Source: Ophelia neglecta (taxonomy: Eukaryota). From it: DNA of 64,000 nt. The notes beneath the pieces were generated by a model that saw only the letters and a program-made list of their open reading frames with translations, had not been told where the DNA came from and made no database searches. The DNA is taken from the NCBI GenBank assembly GCA_965285935.1, contig OZ260662.1, forward strand, positions 87,296,001 through 87,360,000, read 5' to 3'. The position numbers and the translations under genes are program-made. Below are positions 40,140 to 52,736 of this stretch, piece after piece (the stretch's first letter is position 1; every line of letters starts with the position of its first letter).

Positions 40140-40167
40140 GGGTGGGTCGGGGTAAGGGAGGGGTGGG
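40140..40167 (+). other. G-quadruplex-forming motif
   Basis: GGG-T-GGG-TC-GGGG-TAA-GGG-A-GGGG-T-GGG: six G-tracts with 1-3 nt loops. Confidence 0.6.
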
Positions 40168-40880
40168 TACGAGGCTCCAGACCGTCCTTTTTTCCTCAAA
40201 TAGCTCTAGGCAGTCTCAGGAGGCGGTGGGACGGGTGCCTCATTGCGGGATGGGGTTTCTGGCCTATAGCCTCATCCTAACAGATATAGTTCCACAGTTA
40301 TAGAAGCCTTAATATTGCTTTAACGTTCATTCCACTATTAAGCACCTAAGACATAAAAGATATGCTATCCATGAGACACTGCCCTTGGTACAGTAACATT
40401 GAAGGCAATGCCTCTAGTTGTAACTGTAAGATAATTTATATCATTTGGTACAGCACCGGACAAACATTAGACAAACTCTTACAGTCGACTCTGTTATATA
40501 CATTGAACCAATTCAAGTTACTATTTTAACATCTTGCGTCAATGTGATGCCTATGTCCCAAATCAAAGATAAACTGAATTTTTTTTATGGAATGTCTGAA
40601 GCATATGCTTCATTGTTTTCGTTAGAACATGGTACCAAAAAACAAATCCAATAATCTAAATAACTTTCTATTAGGGCATTAGCGTTAACTCTTGATACAA
40701 AGTAGGAAAACTTTCGTAACTTCATGGGACTCTTCGATATACTCCTGTGATGCGCTGATGAGTTTTTTCCCCAAGATGGCTGTTAAGGAAAGACTTACCT
40801 AATTGATATTAATTTGTTTGATGTTTTAACCTAAGGTTTAATGGTGCAAGACAGGCTTACCAATTGTATGGCTATAAACA

Positions 40881-41042
40881 TGACCTTGACCTCTGCTTGA
40901 AGGTCAAATCATGTGATGCGAATTTTAAAAGCCTCTGTGAGGATTCATCGTTTAAGATGGGTATATCAAATGTATTGAACACTACCGGTAATAGGAAGTT
41001 CTTATTCGGGGATACTTTTGATGGCTATTAGCGTGACCTTGA
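40881..41042. mobile_element. Relic of a TGACCTT/AAGGTCA-repeat non-autonomous element (Helitron/Helentron-derived type)
   Basis: TGACCTTGACCT...TTGAAGGTCAAA (40881-40908) and a further TGACCTTGA (41034-41042). The family assignment is recalled from invertebrate repeats, not searched. Confidence 0.3.
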
Positions 41043-42344
41043 TCACATGGTGAGGGGCGCCTCCATCCAACACCTGCTTTCATTGACCTACATGTCAGTA
41101 ATGCGCCGCGAGCTGGCCTTTGCAGAGACATCCCCATAGACGGCCGCTGGCGTCAACTTCAATCTAGTTTTTGTTTTTACTTTACTCTCGTGTGTAGCTA
41201 TTGATCATCTCTGTAATCAAACTTGGGTCAGCCACTTCATTCAAGCCGAGACGGGTTGATTGTGTCTAATTATAAGCTGGACATTTCCTCGCACTAGGCA
41301 TACAACCAACCACATGAAACACATCGGGTTTCTGGGCTTATCCATAAGAAATACTTCCATTTCGAACATCGACATACTACTTCATTCTGGCACTATCAAC
41401 CTTGCCGTAAGATTGGCAAAGGTTTGTTATATTGGGTGTGCTTATTTAAAATAGTTTGGTCAATTAATTGTTGATGATAGGATATTTCACTTATCTATAG
41501 AAGTATTGGTTGACTTGCTCATACCACCTTCAGTTCAGAAAATTCAAGTAAATTGACAAAGGCGTGCTCAGTGCCGATGTCAAATCCAGTAAACCTACTC
41601 GTCATTTGTAAATTGAGGTCGTACCGGTCTTGCTGAGAATAAGATCGGATGATGAACATCACTGAAGACTAACATGAACCAAAACTGGCAAACGTCTGTG
41701 ACCAGTAGGCATGATTCACCCTGGTTAAATGAGACGATATAATCTTATGAATCAGAGGAAAAAGAGCTTGGAGGGGAATTAAGCGTCATTCAAAATCAGC
41801 CTGTCTTGCAGTTTCCCTGGAGATTATTAATAGCAGACGCATGACGATGTAACTAGAAAGTGCCTACGCTATCATGAGACATTTTTTATAACACTAGAGA
41901 CATAAAAAGGTCTCAGGTAGTGAATCACTTCTTCAGAGATAGAACATACCCAGTGTACACATCAATATCAGATGTACGATCCGTCAGAGCAGCTGCTGTT
42001 AAAGGGAGGAAATGTATCTTCTTCATTTCTGGTCAGCCATTGTACAATAACCCAATATCTTGTCTGAGCCATCTACTCTGATTGTTTCAGAAATAGAAAA
42101 AGTTGGATCGAGTGCATACCTTACTGACAATGCAAATCATACAGTCTGTCCGAATTCATCAAGAACCATAGCAACCACATATCCTCGATCATTAGCTCTT
42201 TAAGGGAGTAGTTAAACATGTTTTCACGAAATAGGCCTAGTGGCAACAATTTAGGGCAAATGATACTTAGTTGTTCTTCTGCAGGTAGACACAACAGAAA
42301 AAGAATCTTAAGGAATAATTTTTGAAATGAGCACGTTAGCCATG

Positions 42345-42625
42345 CATTAAAAAGTCATTCCCCAGGCGTCTTGACAACAAAGTGAGCATTTTAGCCCATA
42401 TATTTTGGTTTTAGAAAAAAAATTCCAACAGGCGCATTGTGTTCATAATTGTCACGAGGCAATTAAATGAAGCCATAATAAAGGTGCAATAAAATGACCA
42501 CCCCTGAAATAATTCCCTCTTAACTCTACACATAACACGGCATATCCTTACTGATAAACAATTGTGTCAGTCACTGACATGTGGTGTCCCACAAGGGAGT
42601 GATCTAGGACTCTTTCTCGATTTAC
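42345..42625 (+). mobile_element. Highly decayed CR1/L2-group reverse transcriptase fragment
   Basis: Across broken frames, in the correct order: KVI..RL...IL, FGFRKK.S(T), H.....EAIK, (Y)LTDKQ and SLTCGVPQGSDLG. These correspond to the RT motifs LEK, QFGFR..HST, SYL..R.Q and GVPQGS.LGP. Confidence 0.6.
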
Positions 42626-45600
42626 ACCATGTCTATGGTAGGCACGGAATGATGTGGATTTCCTCCTGTTTTTATAAACAAAACTATTTCTGTGTTATGC
42701 TCCCCCAAAACAGTGTGTCATGGGTAAGCCAACGGCCCCGATAGAAAATTAGATGGTGTTGTTATTTCGTCGATCGATGGCAAGTCATTTTGGCAGCTCA
42801 ATGGCGATATAATGGGGTTCCTTGTAATCATTTCCCTATTCCTAAGATCTAGCCAATTTGCTGACCTTCGTTCCCCAAAGTTTGTTATTTACGCTTTCTT
42901 GAGCCAGTTGCGTAGATCTTGGAGCTAATCAGCCTTCGTGTTACATCGAGCCAGTGTCTTGTAGTGTTTAAATCCAGATTAAAAACACACTAATTTTAAT
43001 TGGTTTATGACAAATCGCCCCAAACTTGATCCTATTATTGCATGTGTGCATATAATAATAGGCTATGGTCGTGTGTTGCCACCTTGTTAATCGATGCGAG
43101 CTTTCATTGTCAAGCACAATGTAAATGTTTTGAATAAATAATTGATTCAATAACAGTGCATGGCTATTAATACTTGACTTGAATGATTCAAATACACAAC
43201 ATATACGTCTAGTTCTTAGTTCGAATGGGTTGTTAACATGCTAAAACGCATTATCGATTATTTTGGTGTGTTCTATGCTTATTACAAATAAATCAAAATT
43301 CCCAATTGATGAAATAAAATGGCTTCATAAACAGCTTGCTGTTAGTTTAGTTTAATTTACTTTAGTTTATTATAATCGTCAAATGATTTGTGCGTGGCAC
43401 AGAAATGTCTACTTTACAACTGCGTGCCTAGTTTAATGAATATTATCGTATTACTAACTGGTTGATATCAACCTATACATTGCATTGAAGAATTTCCTTA
43501 ACTTATTTACATCATCACGGAAAAAATTTGCAATAGAAGAAAACAATTCCATTAATCACCGTATTATTGGTTCGGATGGGTCGTGTCATATCGACTCATG
43601 TGAATTTATCATTTAAATGTGATCCGGTGTATTTGGTCTACTACCCTGCTTCTTTAAAACTTACGTGGTATGATGCATTTTGTTCCAAGATAATATAGTT
43701 TTTAGACATATGGAGGGATTTTGAAGATTGTGTTCGATCTACTACTTATTTTCCACATGGAAGGCCACCTCAAGAAACAAAACAAACGAGAAATACTTCC
43801 TTCGTGCTGTTTTTCACGAGTTTACAGATAATACTTTATGAATATTCGTTGCTCATTAAAGACTTTTTCAAGGAACAGTTTCTTACTCGCCGTTTAAACA
43901 TACTTTACTTGGGTGTTTATCAGTGATTTTATAATTTTAAAATCAGCATCGGCATTATGTATTATTATTCAGTGTAATCTGACAATGTCCAAATAATTTT
44001 TATGCTATAGGTTCTAATGATTTTTAAACAGGTATCATCTCGGAGAGTGGACATATATGGATCTAATGGTAGCAAAATTAATGTTTTTGATTGACCGCCG
44101 ATTTAATAGTACGAATAAATCCTATTATATGTACTATGTTGTGTTTACCTGCACTAGATTCGTACCATTATCAAATAACTTAAACAGCGGACACGGAAAG
44201 CCAAATGCTGTAGTAGTATAATGAATATATAATGGCCTTTCATAGAGGGATCGAAAATGTGAATTCATTACAGAAGTAGTGCTCAAAAGTTAATAAACAA
44301 GACTTAGTTTGAAGATAAAATTGATGTGCAAAAGTATCATGACAGGGCGTGTTGTTTTATTATTGATGCTGTTAAGTCGCATACTCAAAAAATAGGCTAA
44401 TATATTTGTCCGAAATACAATTCTGCAATAGGCACTACGATACCATTGAATTAGCCGATTCATGACAATAATAAGCCTTTCATGATTCCGGATCCGTTAA
44501 TGAATGAGTAAAGAGTGGCAATTCATTACGGAATAATGCTTTGCGCGTGCAATTCATATCATTATTAGTACGATTCAAGCGCAGGAAACGACTGTATATC
44601 AATATCTCAGCATCATAGTAAGCGCAATTCGAGCGTCTGCAGCACTGATGGCTGTCCGGCAGCATATGCTGATAATACCGGAAGCGGCCACTTTGATTGT
44701 TGATTGCCTGACTGTTTGTTAGATTAGCATGGACAATCCATTTAATTATTGGAGAGTTTATTCTAGGTAAAAAAAAAACACAAATAAATGGCAGTCATCT
44801 ACAGGTTCTTCTGACATTTCGATTTCTTATTCCCACATTTAAAAAAATCAATACATTGTTTATTTACTAGTCTGTTTTTCAATGTCATTATTATCTGTAC
44901 TTTTGATATCATATTGGAATGTCCTCATTGTGGCCCTCTTGGAAAGCCCTGTGAGCTATATTTAGTCGATTTTTATAGAAATGTATCCACGCCAGCTAAA
45001 ATTAAGCATCACACTTTTATCAAAATGTCCTTCTCAGCGGCAACAATCGCGTTTAGTTGGTTTTTGTTGCCTTGTACACGCATAACAGGGAAGGTTTATG
45101 GGGGTCCCCTTTCCCACTTCCTAGCTTAAAAATAGGCAAATCCCGGACATTTAATTTAAATCTGCATTTTTTTATGCCAGGTGTACTTCAACAGAACTTT
45201 CCCATATTGCAGTGAATTTGAATGTTTGATTCTGATATATTGACAAATTTCAAAAACCGAGTCACGAAAAAATAACCTTAGATTCCCGGTTACGGACAAT
45301 TAAAAAGGCGGATCCCGAGGGTCGGAAGTGCCCGTAAGCATGAGTGAAAGGCGAATGAATCAATCATACTGTATGAAGTACAATATGCATGGTCTCTTTG
45401 CATCCACATGGCTGCAGTATTTTGCTATGACAAGGCCTAAATGCATTTCAATTTCTTGATTATAATCAACTTCTAGTGGTGGCGACTAATCAATAGCACT
45501 TTAGGATACATCTGAGAAGCAATAGGATATGGAAGCCTTTATCTGCTGTGTACACTTTAACTAACCGAGAGGTAACTACATGTATTAACTTAATGTTCGT

Positions 45601-45746
45601 ATAGGCCCATACACCATATGGCAGGTGTACATTGCCGGGTATATGTTTACACAAGCCCCTTTATTTTCGGAGATATCGTCTGTCGAACCTTAGTGCTTTT
45701 TAAAACTCTACATGTTAAATCAACTGAGCATAAAATTAAATATTAA

Positions 45747-45946
45747 CAGTGCTTCAATTAGAAATTAGGAGACACGAGTCCCAGGGCTCGACGGGGAAAA
45801 ATGCGAGTCCTTATGAAATATACCTACTCATTGTTGTTTAAAAACCATCATGTAGAAATTAAGCGAGTTATGGCACTCGCCTCAGTACAGGAATGAGTCC
45901 TTTTTGAAAATTGCGAGTCAAAGGAGTCGGGGTTAATAAGTAAATG
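45747..45946. mobile_element. Possible decayed MITE with GAGTC subterminal repeats
   Basis: Begins CAGTGCTTCAATTA and ends TAATAAGTAAATG (degenerate inverted counterpart). About 8 (GC/AC)GAGTC-like motifs in 170 bp. No clear TSD. Confidence 0.3.
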
Positions 45947-48900
45947 TATCAATTATAATCTAAGATTAGTAGTCGTTTGTATATTATAAATTTGCAAATT
46001 TATGCTATTAGACGTACTTACGCATATGTGCGTACGAGTATACTTATGCTTAAATTCTCCATTAGTTCTACGCGTGTGTACTTTAATGCTACAAAATACC
46101 CATATAGAAAACAAGAAAAGACCTAGATATTTTTTATTTTGTTTATTACGCATCGCCGACAACGAAGAACTGAATGCGGGTAAATGGCAGCTTGACTCGG
46201 TTACCACTACGTCATAGCAATACTCACTTTTATTATTTAACTCTTACCTTATGAATGGCACATAAAATATACCAACAACTGTGTGAATAAACATGTAAAT
46301 TATACATGGATAAAACCAAAGAATTTCGAGACATTTACTAATCACTGTTTGAATTAACGAGATACATTATATACGTTATAAGAGTATGTTCAGGTACTTT
46401 AGTGCCAAATACAAAGTATAAAGCAAAGACATTGCACCACTCATTTATACTTCTCACAGCGCTCGGCAACTACAGATTTGCATCAGAACTGCCACATTTA
46501 AAACTACTTACATTCAAAAAACGTCAATGTCAAAATTGCAACGACTTCTTAATTTTAAGTTAAGTTATACCTCACAAATTGGCTGTCGTGATATATTTGA
46601 CCAAGAACATGCTTTAGCTATGTCAGTTTTTCACGCATGGTGATCTGTTTGTAAATTAAATCTAGAGCATTAAATGCCGTCCATTTCTTTTAAACTACTT
46701 AAAAAGTAGTAATCATTCCGTTCTTCACACCTTGTAGCTGTTGGATGATGAATGACTAGAAACATGGACATGTGCAACAACGATTTCAAACCATATTCTC
46801 TACCATTTAAAGTTTCTGGTGTTTTACATATTCAGAAAGCTGACATGACTTTCTATCACACTGCCACCATTTTGTAGAGCTTTGTTAATTTTGAAGGTAA
46901 ACATGAATACCTACATGGTAAAGACAGATTATTATAATAACTACAACATCAACGTGTCAAGGCCTTGTAGCAGTATGTTAAAAATTACCATTTGTTCGAG
47001 AGTATTTTATGGAATAACAGCTCCGTGTGTCTTTCCCACGCCCGTCATTCAACTTTATAGAACAATTAAAGTTAGCCCGTCAAGTGTTTTTCAATCTCCA
47101 TAAAATCGCAATCTATACGAATTCTGGCGAATGACGACTGTTTACAGAATTTCCGACCTGTTTTGATCAATCGCATACATAGTTTATAAGATGCAAAAGC
47201 AACAAACGGCAGTCGCTTAGAGATCTACAGACATCTTTGGTAGTGATATATAGTTTTACCTGTTGAAAGCGCGTTTGGTTGTTGCGACATTTCGAATTCT
47301 TATTTCCACTTACAAAATCAATATACACTGTACAACAAACGTCTGATACACAAGTGTACTTCTATGTATACATATGATATCACCAGAAGAAACATCGGAC
47401 TAGACTCAACATCGTACTCAACATCTTAGTAATAGTACTTTTTTACCAAATACATTGGTTACTAAAATAAGTCTCCCTTGACTGATTATAAGATCTACAC
47501 ATGATTAATAAAGAGCGACCCATGAACACAGTACGACGGCAGGCCTCTCAATCACTCACAATATTTATCACAAAAAAACCCATTATAAACATTGAAGTCA
47601 CAGGACCAAAATAAACCTTATTTTGTAGAAACTATCTGTTTATATATATACATACATATTCCCCTATATATGTGCGTACCATATTTAAGACCTAACAGGG
47701 GTACAGCCACGTATAGATCAATGCCCCCACCTTCAGTAAACATAAGTGAAATGCTATAATACTTCAACAGCATTCTATTCAATTTTTCTAAAATGAAACT
47801 CTTCCTTATTTAACAGGTTATTTTTCATACCGAAGTTGAAATTAAGGCGAACAGAGCAAGGCCTAGCGAATGCTACAAATTAAAATCATCCAAATAAAGG
47901 AAACAAAGCAACTGTGTTTAAAACGTTGATGCCAAGTTTTTTACTAAGTGTCCCGTGTCTTTTTCCTACAATAACATCACCAGTAATATTTTGATGATAT
48001 GGTTATGGAGAGTTTTACTCTTTTCAATGAAGCAGCAGTAAATTGTTTACATGTTCACTATTCTGCGACCATCCATCTTCGTTAAAATGTTTTGAGTCAT
48101 GCGATCTTTAACAGTAGTCAATTTTCGTGCTGAGATTAATAAATGAAGAGTGCAAGCCCTCTCTGTGATCTTTAACCATAATTGATCGTGTAATCGGCAT
48201 GCGGTTGTCGTGGATCGAATCGCCATGCTCGTGACGGGCTAAACCCACCACGGCGGTCCTAATCCTTTGATGGACAACGCCATCTACTATGTCGACTACT
48301 GAAATTAGTCCTCCCAGTCGTCTGCTCTGAATGAGCCCTGAACGGCGAAAATCTGCAGGTAAAGTTCACACTCGTATAATATATATATAGGCTTCAAAAA
48401 CAGAGTGTTAAACCTGTGAACACAGAGGCGAACTCTTACTCTATGCCACGCGAATGCCACCGAGATTTTATTCATCACGATAATTGCACTAGAACCTATA
48501 TAACCGGCACATCACTGGCCAATAATTAAGTTTCCGGTCAAGACCAGTTTCAGCGATCGTTTGGTTGAAGGTGAAATATCGTGCTGACAATGGCGTCCTG
48601 CAATAGTCAATAACACCTTGTAGGTCAGGTAATAAGTTTTTGCCTTTTGCATTAACACACCGGATATAACTAGCCAATTACTCGATGGAGCCGGCTTTAG
48701 CTGTATGAAAAGTATATGTGATAAGGTACATATATTAGCACCATCGTGCGAATTCAGGCTTCAGCATTCTTCCTCAAATACGGTGTTTAAAGTGTTTAAC
48801 TGAAAGAGTCAAAGGACAGTTTCGCGGTATAAAATAGTTGACGCTCCATCGGGATCTTCCATAAGAGGCTTAATATTTTTTTAAAGTTTAGAACACGTTA

Positions 48901-48955
48901 ATTCCTTTGTTTTTCCAAGTTTGTGTTTAAGTTTCCCCTATTCGGTGAACTGTGA

Positions 48956-50086
48956 CTAGAGTCGTGCCTCCTCGGTGGTATTGTTCTCTGCGTGATCAGC
49001 CAACAGACGTTTGCCCGCCGCGTCTTTCCCGTTTTCGTTGATGGGGCTCATCATAGAGACGGCCGTGGCATCTTTACCAGGAGGAGCGTTGCTGTAACCA
49101 TTGACCTCTTGGCCTTCCTTCAGATAGCACACCACTTCTCGGAAAGCGTCCCGGAACTCTTTAGAGGCCCGGTTGTAAATCATTGGGTTCACGCAAGAGT
49201 TGAAATAGGCCAGGCAGTTGAAGAGCACAACCATTGCCCCATACCACGGGGTCTCTGGCGGGTTGCCGAAAAATGCTAACAGCAGATGGATATGAACAGG
49301 CAGCCAGAGAACAGCGAAGATAACAACGACCAAGATTAGAAGACGACCAGCCTGCTTCTTCTTGTCGTGTGACTTGGATCTTTTGCTGATCATCGCCGGA
49401 CGCTGGGTAGTAATGTGTCGAAGGATCAAGATGGAGAAGACACCAATGACGAACAGTGGTAGCACGTAGGCGAAGGCGAAAAAGGTGCCGAAGATCTTTT
49501 GTCCGTCAGCTTTATTGTAGAGATCACACTCTGGATTTCCATCTATTAGAGTGACGCCGTATGAGAACATAACGGAGCTATTCACTATTAGCATCACCAC
49601 CCAGATGGCAATGATCATCAGAATTACGTTACACTTTGACCGTATACGCATCGTACTGTGGTTGTGTACAACAGTCATATACCGTATTACCGATATCAAA
49701 ACCAGTGTGTACACTGTTACGTAGGCAGTGACGTTTACTAAATAGTGCATGAGCTTACAAGCAGCATTACCAAACGGAAACATACGAGCAGAATACTGGT
49801 AAGCGGTGCATGGAGGAATTACCAACACGAATGATAGATCTGCAAAGGCGAGGTTCAACAGCAACAGATTGGTTACAGTCCTCATCTTGTGTCGCGAAAC
49901 AATCACATAGATCACTAGACTGTTTCCAATAAGTCCCAATAAAGAAATCATTCCGAATAGGACCGGCGTCACTATTTTATTAAGAATAAACGAGAATTGA
50001 GATTCCTCGTGGTCGAAGGCCCTGGTATCATTGACTGTGTAGTTAAATGTGCCTAAGGTAGCGGACTCCAGGATTTCAGCCGACAT
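48956..50086 (-). CDS. Class A neuropeptide GPCR, allatostatin-A/galanin/kisspeptin receptor-like, 376 aa, uninterrupted CDS
   Basis: Seven hydrophobic segments. Motifs: N-glycosylation sequons NYT and NDT, TM1 GN, KMRTVTN, TM2 NLAFAD, FPFG...CK, YVTVYTLVLISVIRY, TM4 W, ECL2 Cys, TM5 FAYVLP, TM6 LWLP.H, TM7 LAYFNSCVNPMIY and helix 8 SKEFR.AF. Start context is aaaATG. A splice acceptor (tttctag, 50123-50124) lies 36 nt upstream of the ATG. Confidence 0.95.
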   Translation of the reverse strand: MSAEILESATLGTFNYTVNDTRAFDHEESQFSFILNKIVTPVLFGMISLLGLIGNSLVIYVIVSRHKMRTVTNLLLLNLAFADLSFVLVIPPCTAYQYSARMFPFGNAACKLMHYLVNVTAYVTVYTLVLISVIRYMTVVHNHSTMRIRSKCNVILMIIAIWVVMLIVNSSVMFSYGVTLIDGNPECDLYNKADGQKIFGTFFAFAYVLPLFVIGVFSILILRHITTQRPAMISKRSKSHDKKKQAGRLLILVVVIFAVLWLPVHIHLLLAFFGNPPETPWYGAMVVLFNCLAYFNSCVNPMIYNRASKEFRDAFREVVCYLKEGQEVNGYSNAPPGKDATAVSMMSPINENGKDAAGKRLLADHAENNTTEEARL

Positions 50087-52370
50087 TTTTGAAGCCTGTG
50101 TTCAACTGATGATCACCAGCGTCTAGAAACGACAACGAAATCAGATCAATTAATCAATCAATAATTAGTATTTGTCTGAGGGATGTTCCACTTACAGAAG
50201 TGGGGGATGGGTTCTAAACATTAGAACCCACAAAGTGCGCGGACACAGCGGTTATTTAATCAAAATGAAAATACTACCTTCGCGTATTGCAGAGATAAAG
50301 GAATAATATTAAAAACAAAAAACTAATGAAAACCAAGCTTTCTAATATGCTTAGCAATGAATCGTTCCCAAGCGGGACGACTCTTTGAATAGGAGTGCCT
50401 TGTATATTCTATTTGAAGGGAGTGGTTTGTTGAAAACAATTTGTATTGTGGGCACACTATAGGAAAACGTGTCAGAACTAAATAATTCCTCATGGAAAAC
50501 AAAACAATATACCCCCCCCCCCCCCAACCCCCTTCTTCCATTCCATGCTGGTATAGCATTTTTTAAAGCCATTAAACTTAATTTAGTACATGTAATACAA
50601 TTGTATTTAGATATATTTCCTGTGGTAACAAAATTATTTTAATTCAAATTCAATTTTTAATCAAAATAGTTAATCATTTTGAGTAGAATGCATTTCTCCA
50701 AGATCATATCGTCGACTGTTGATGAAGTAGTAATAAGTTACTCAGCCTTTTGTTGTAGGTTTATGTGTGACATATTTAAGAGCTTACCGATTAATGATCC
50801 CTATCCAGGGCTTTGATTGATGATCTCTATTCAAGACGTCAAGACTTCGGTTCGTGGCCCCCTCTTCAAGTCCTTCAAGGCTTCAAGAATGTTCCTAATA
50901 AAAAAAGAAAGAGCCTGTCAAATAAAAACCGTTGTGCAAATGATATTGATAACAATTCACGTGTCAATCCCGATTCCTGGTTATCAGTTTAGTAAATGAA
51001 GCATGGCGTATAATCGTATGGTAAATGACACGGGCTTGTGGAGAACACAAATGATCACACAAGTTCTTCATTCACACAGGCCAATCTTTGTGATTTTAAA
51101 CCGCCCAGATACGTTGTCAGTTCTTATATCGTGTCTGTCTTAAAACGCATCTGGTGTACCTTGTGCGCTACACTTCCGGAAAATCGAACTGAACGCTTTT
51201 ACATCTCTCCCGTGGGTTCCATGATCGCAGATAGCAACTGAACGACGTTGTGGCTCTGCAGCAAACTGTCCTGTTTTTCGAGTTTTGAATTGCTAACCCT
51301 AACTTGTTTACTTTTAAAGGCGCTCACTTGTTTTCAGCCTCCGCCAAAGAGCAAGCACCACACATCTGTGACAGCAGCCGACACTGCAAATTACTCCACC
51401 TTCCGCGGTTGCGATTTGCCGCGCTTAGTGTATGCGCGCCTACTGGTGTCAGCCAGCACACAGACGCTTTCTGTGATTCCTATTGATTGACATGTGTGCT
51501 TGTATAAGTCTAGTCAGCGACGAAACCACAGCCATGGAACACTGTGAGGTGGCGCTTCCTATGCCAATCTCATCCCACGGGTCTACTTTCTTTGAAGCAA
51601 TAGGTGACGTTGAGAAGGCAATCTCCTAATTACATCCGGACTTACATGCCAACTGGTTATTAGAAATTTGCTCAGAGGTAGGCTAGACCGGCTTTCTGTG
51701 TTTGTGTTTGAAAATAAGTTTAGCTGCTCTTAACTCGAACCCTGCGAGCAACATGGTTCCAAAAAGTTTTAAAGTCAAACCATGTACGGTTCACATAGCC
51801 TCTCTTCTGCCCCGTAGGCCTAATAACCAAGAAGGGTAAAACAAGTCATTGCCCAGCTAGTCCGTAGCGCTAGTTATGTCTTGCTGTTGTACTCTGGCTT
51901 ACCTGATAAACTTTGATTTTTATCTGCAAATGGAAGAATTTATTATATACCCCTCTAATGCACGTAACACAATAAATGATGACAATGAATTAGTTAACTT
52001 AGAGGTCGCATAGCGACTAAGCGACTAAGCCAAGCTACCGTACCCTACATACCTCACGTTTACCCTTCCACTGCCCCTTAATTGGTAATTGGCTCCAATA
52101 CCTTTTTCCTTTTAAACGCGTCATTGAGCAGAGAACACAAACTATCTCGAAACAGGTGTTCGATTGAGAAGCCACGATCATGTCTAAAACTGTAAATGAT
52201 TGGCAATTAAACGACGATGGTCAGCATGTAAGTGGTATACGCGTGCTGAAAATTCCCCTGCTCTCCATCCTGGCTGCACTAATTAAGGAATAGTTGTCCA
52301 TTCTTACGATAACAACAACCCACCGAGCATATGGAAACCACCTGCATTATATTGGATAAATAATACTTAC

Positions 52371-52736
52371 ACTGCCGCCTCCACCAATACTCCGCGTGAG
52401 CCCACGTCTTTCTGCCAGACTACACTTGTAGTCGAAGGCAGAGCAGGCTTTACCGTGGGACCTTTTTCATCAGAGCCTCACCGGCAGTGTAAAAAAAGTG
52501 GCTTTGAATATTACATTTAACGCAGAATTTCAGTGTCATTCGGCGACTTCGTCTTCAGTTACTTGGAAAGCAGATCTCTCAGACACGTGACTAATACACA
52601 AGAATTAAGAGAGCCGTCCAGATTGGTCTTGGAGCCTTAGGAATGGCCGGTAGCGATAAAGCAAGTGGGGAGGCGGTTCGTGGGACATGTGGAACGACCC
52701 GTCTACACGTCTCTTCGGCCCCTATAGCCTTTATAC
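52371..52736 (-). promoter_or_regulatory. Putative TATA promoter and non-coding first exon of the GPCR
   Basis: Minus-strand TATAAAG at 52735-52729, then a GC-richer segment ending in a perfect GTAAGT donor (52370-52365). This could pair with the acceptor at 50123-50124, giving a 2.25 kb intron. Confidence 0.4.

Noticed and set aside
48690-48712. TAGCTGTATGA matching the 3' half of miR-9
   Set aside because: The seed region does not match and there is no precursor hairpin.
48956-48967. GPCR C-terminal ARL tripeptide resembles a peroxisomal PTS1 signal
   Set aside because: PTS1 imports soluble matrix proteins; not meaningful for a 7TM receptor entering the ER.
51730-51790. Minus-strand GGTTCGAG B-box-like motif (tRNA or SINE)
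   Set aside because: No A-box or cloverleaf could be built.
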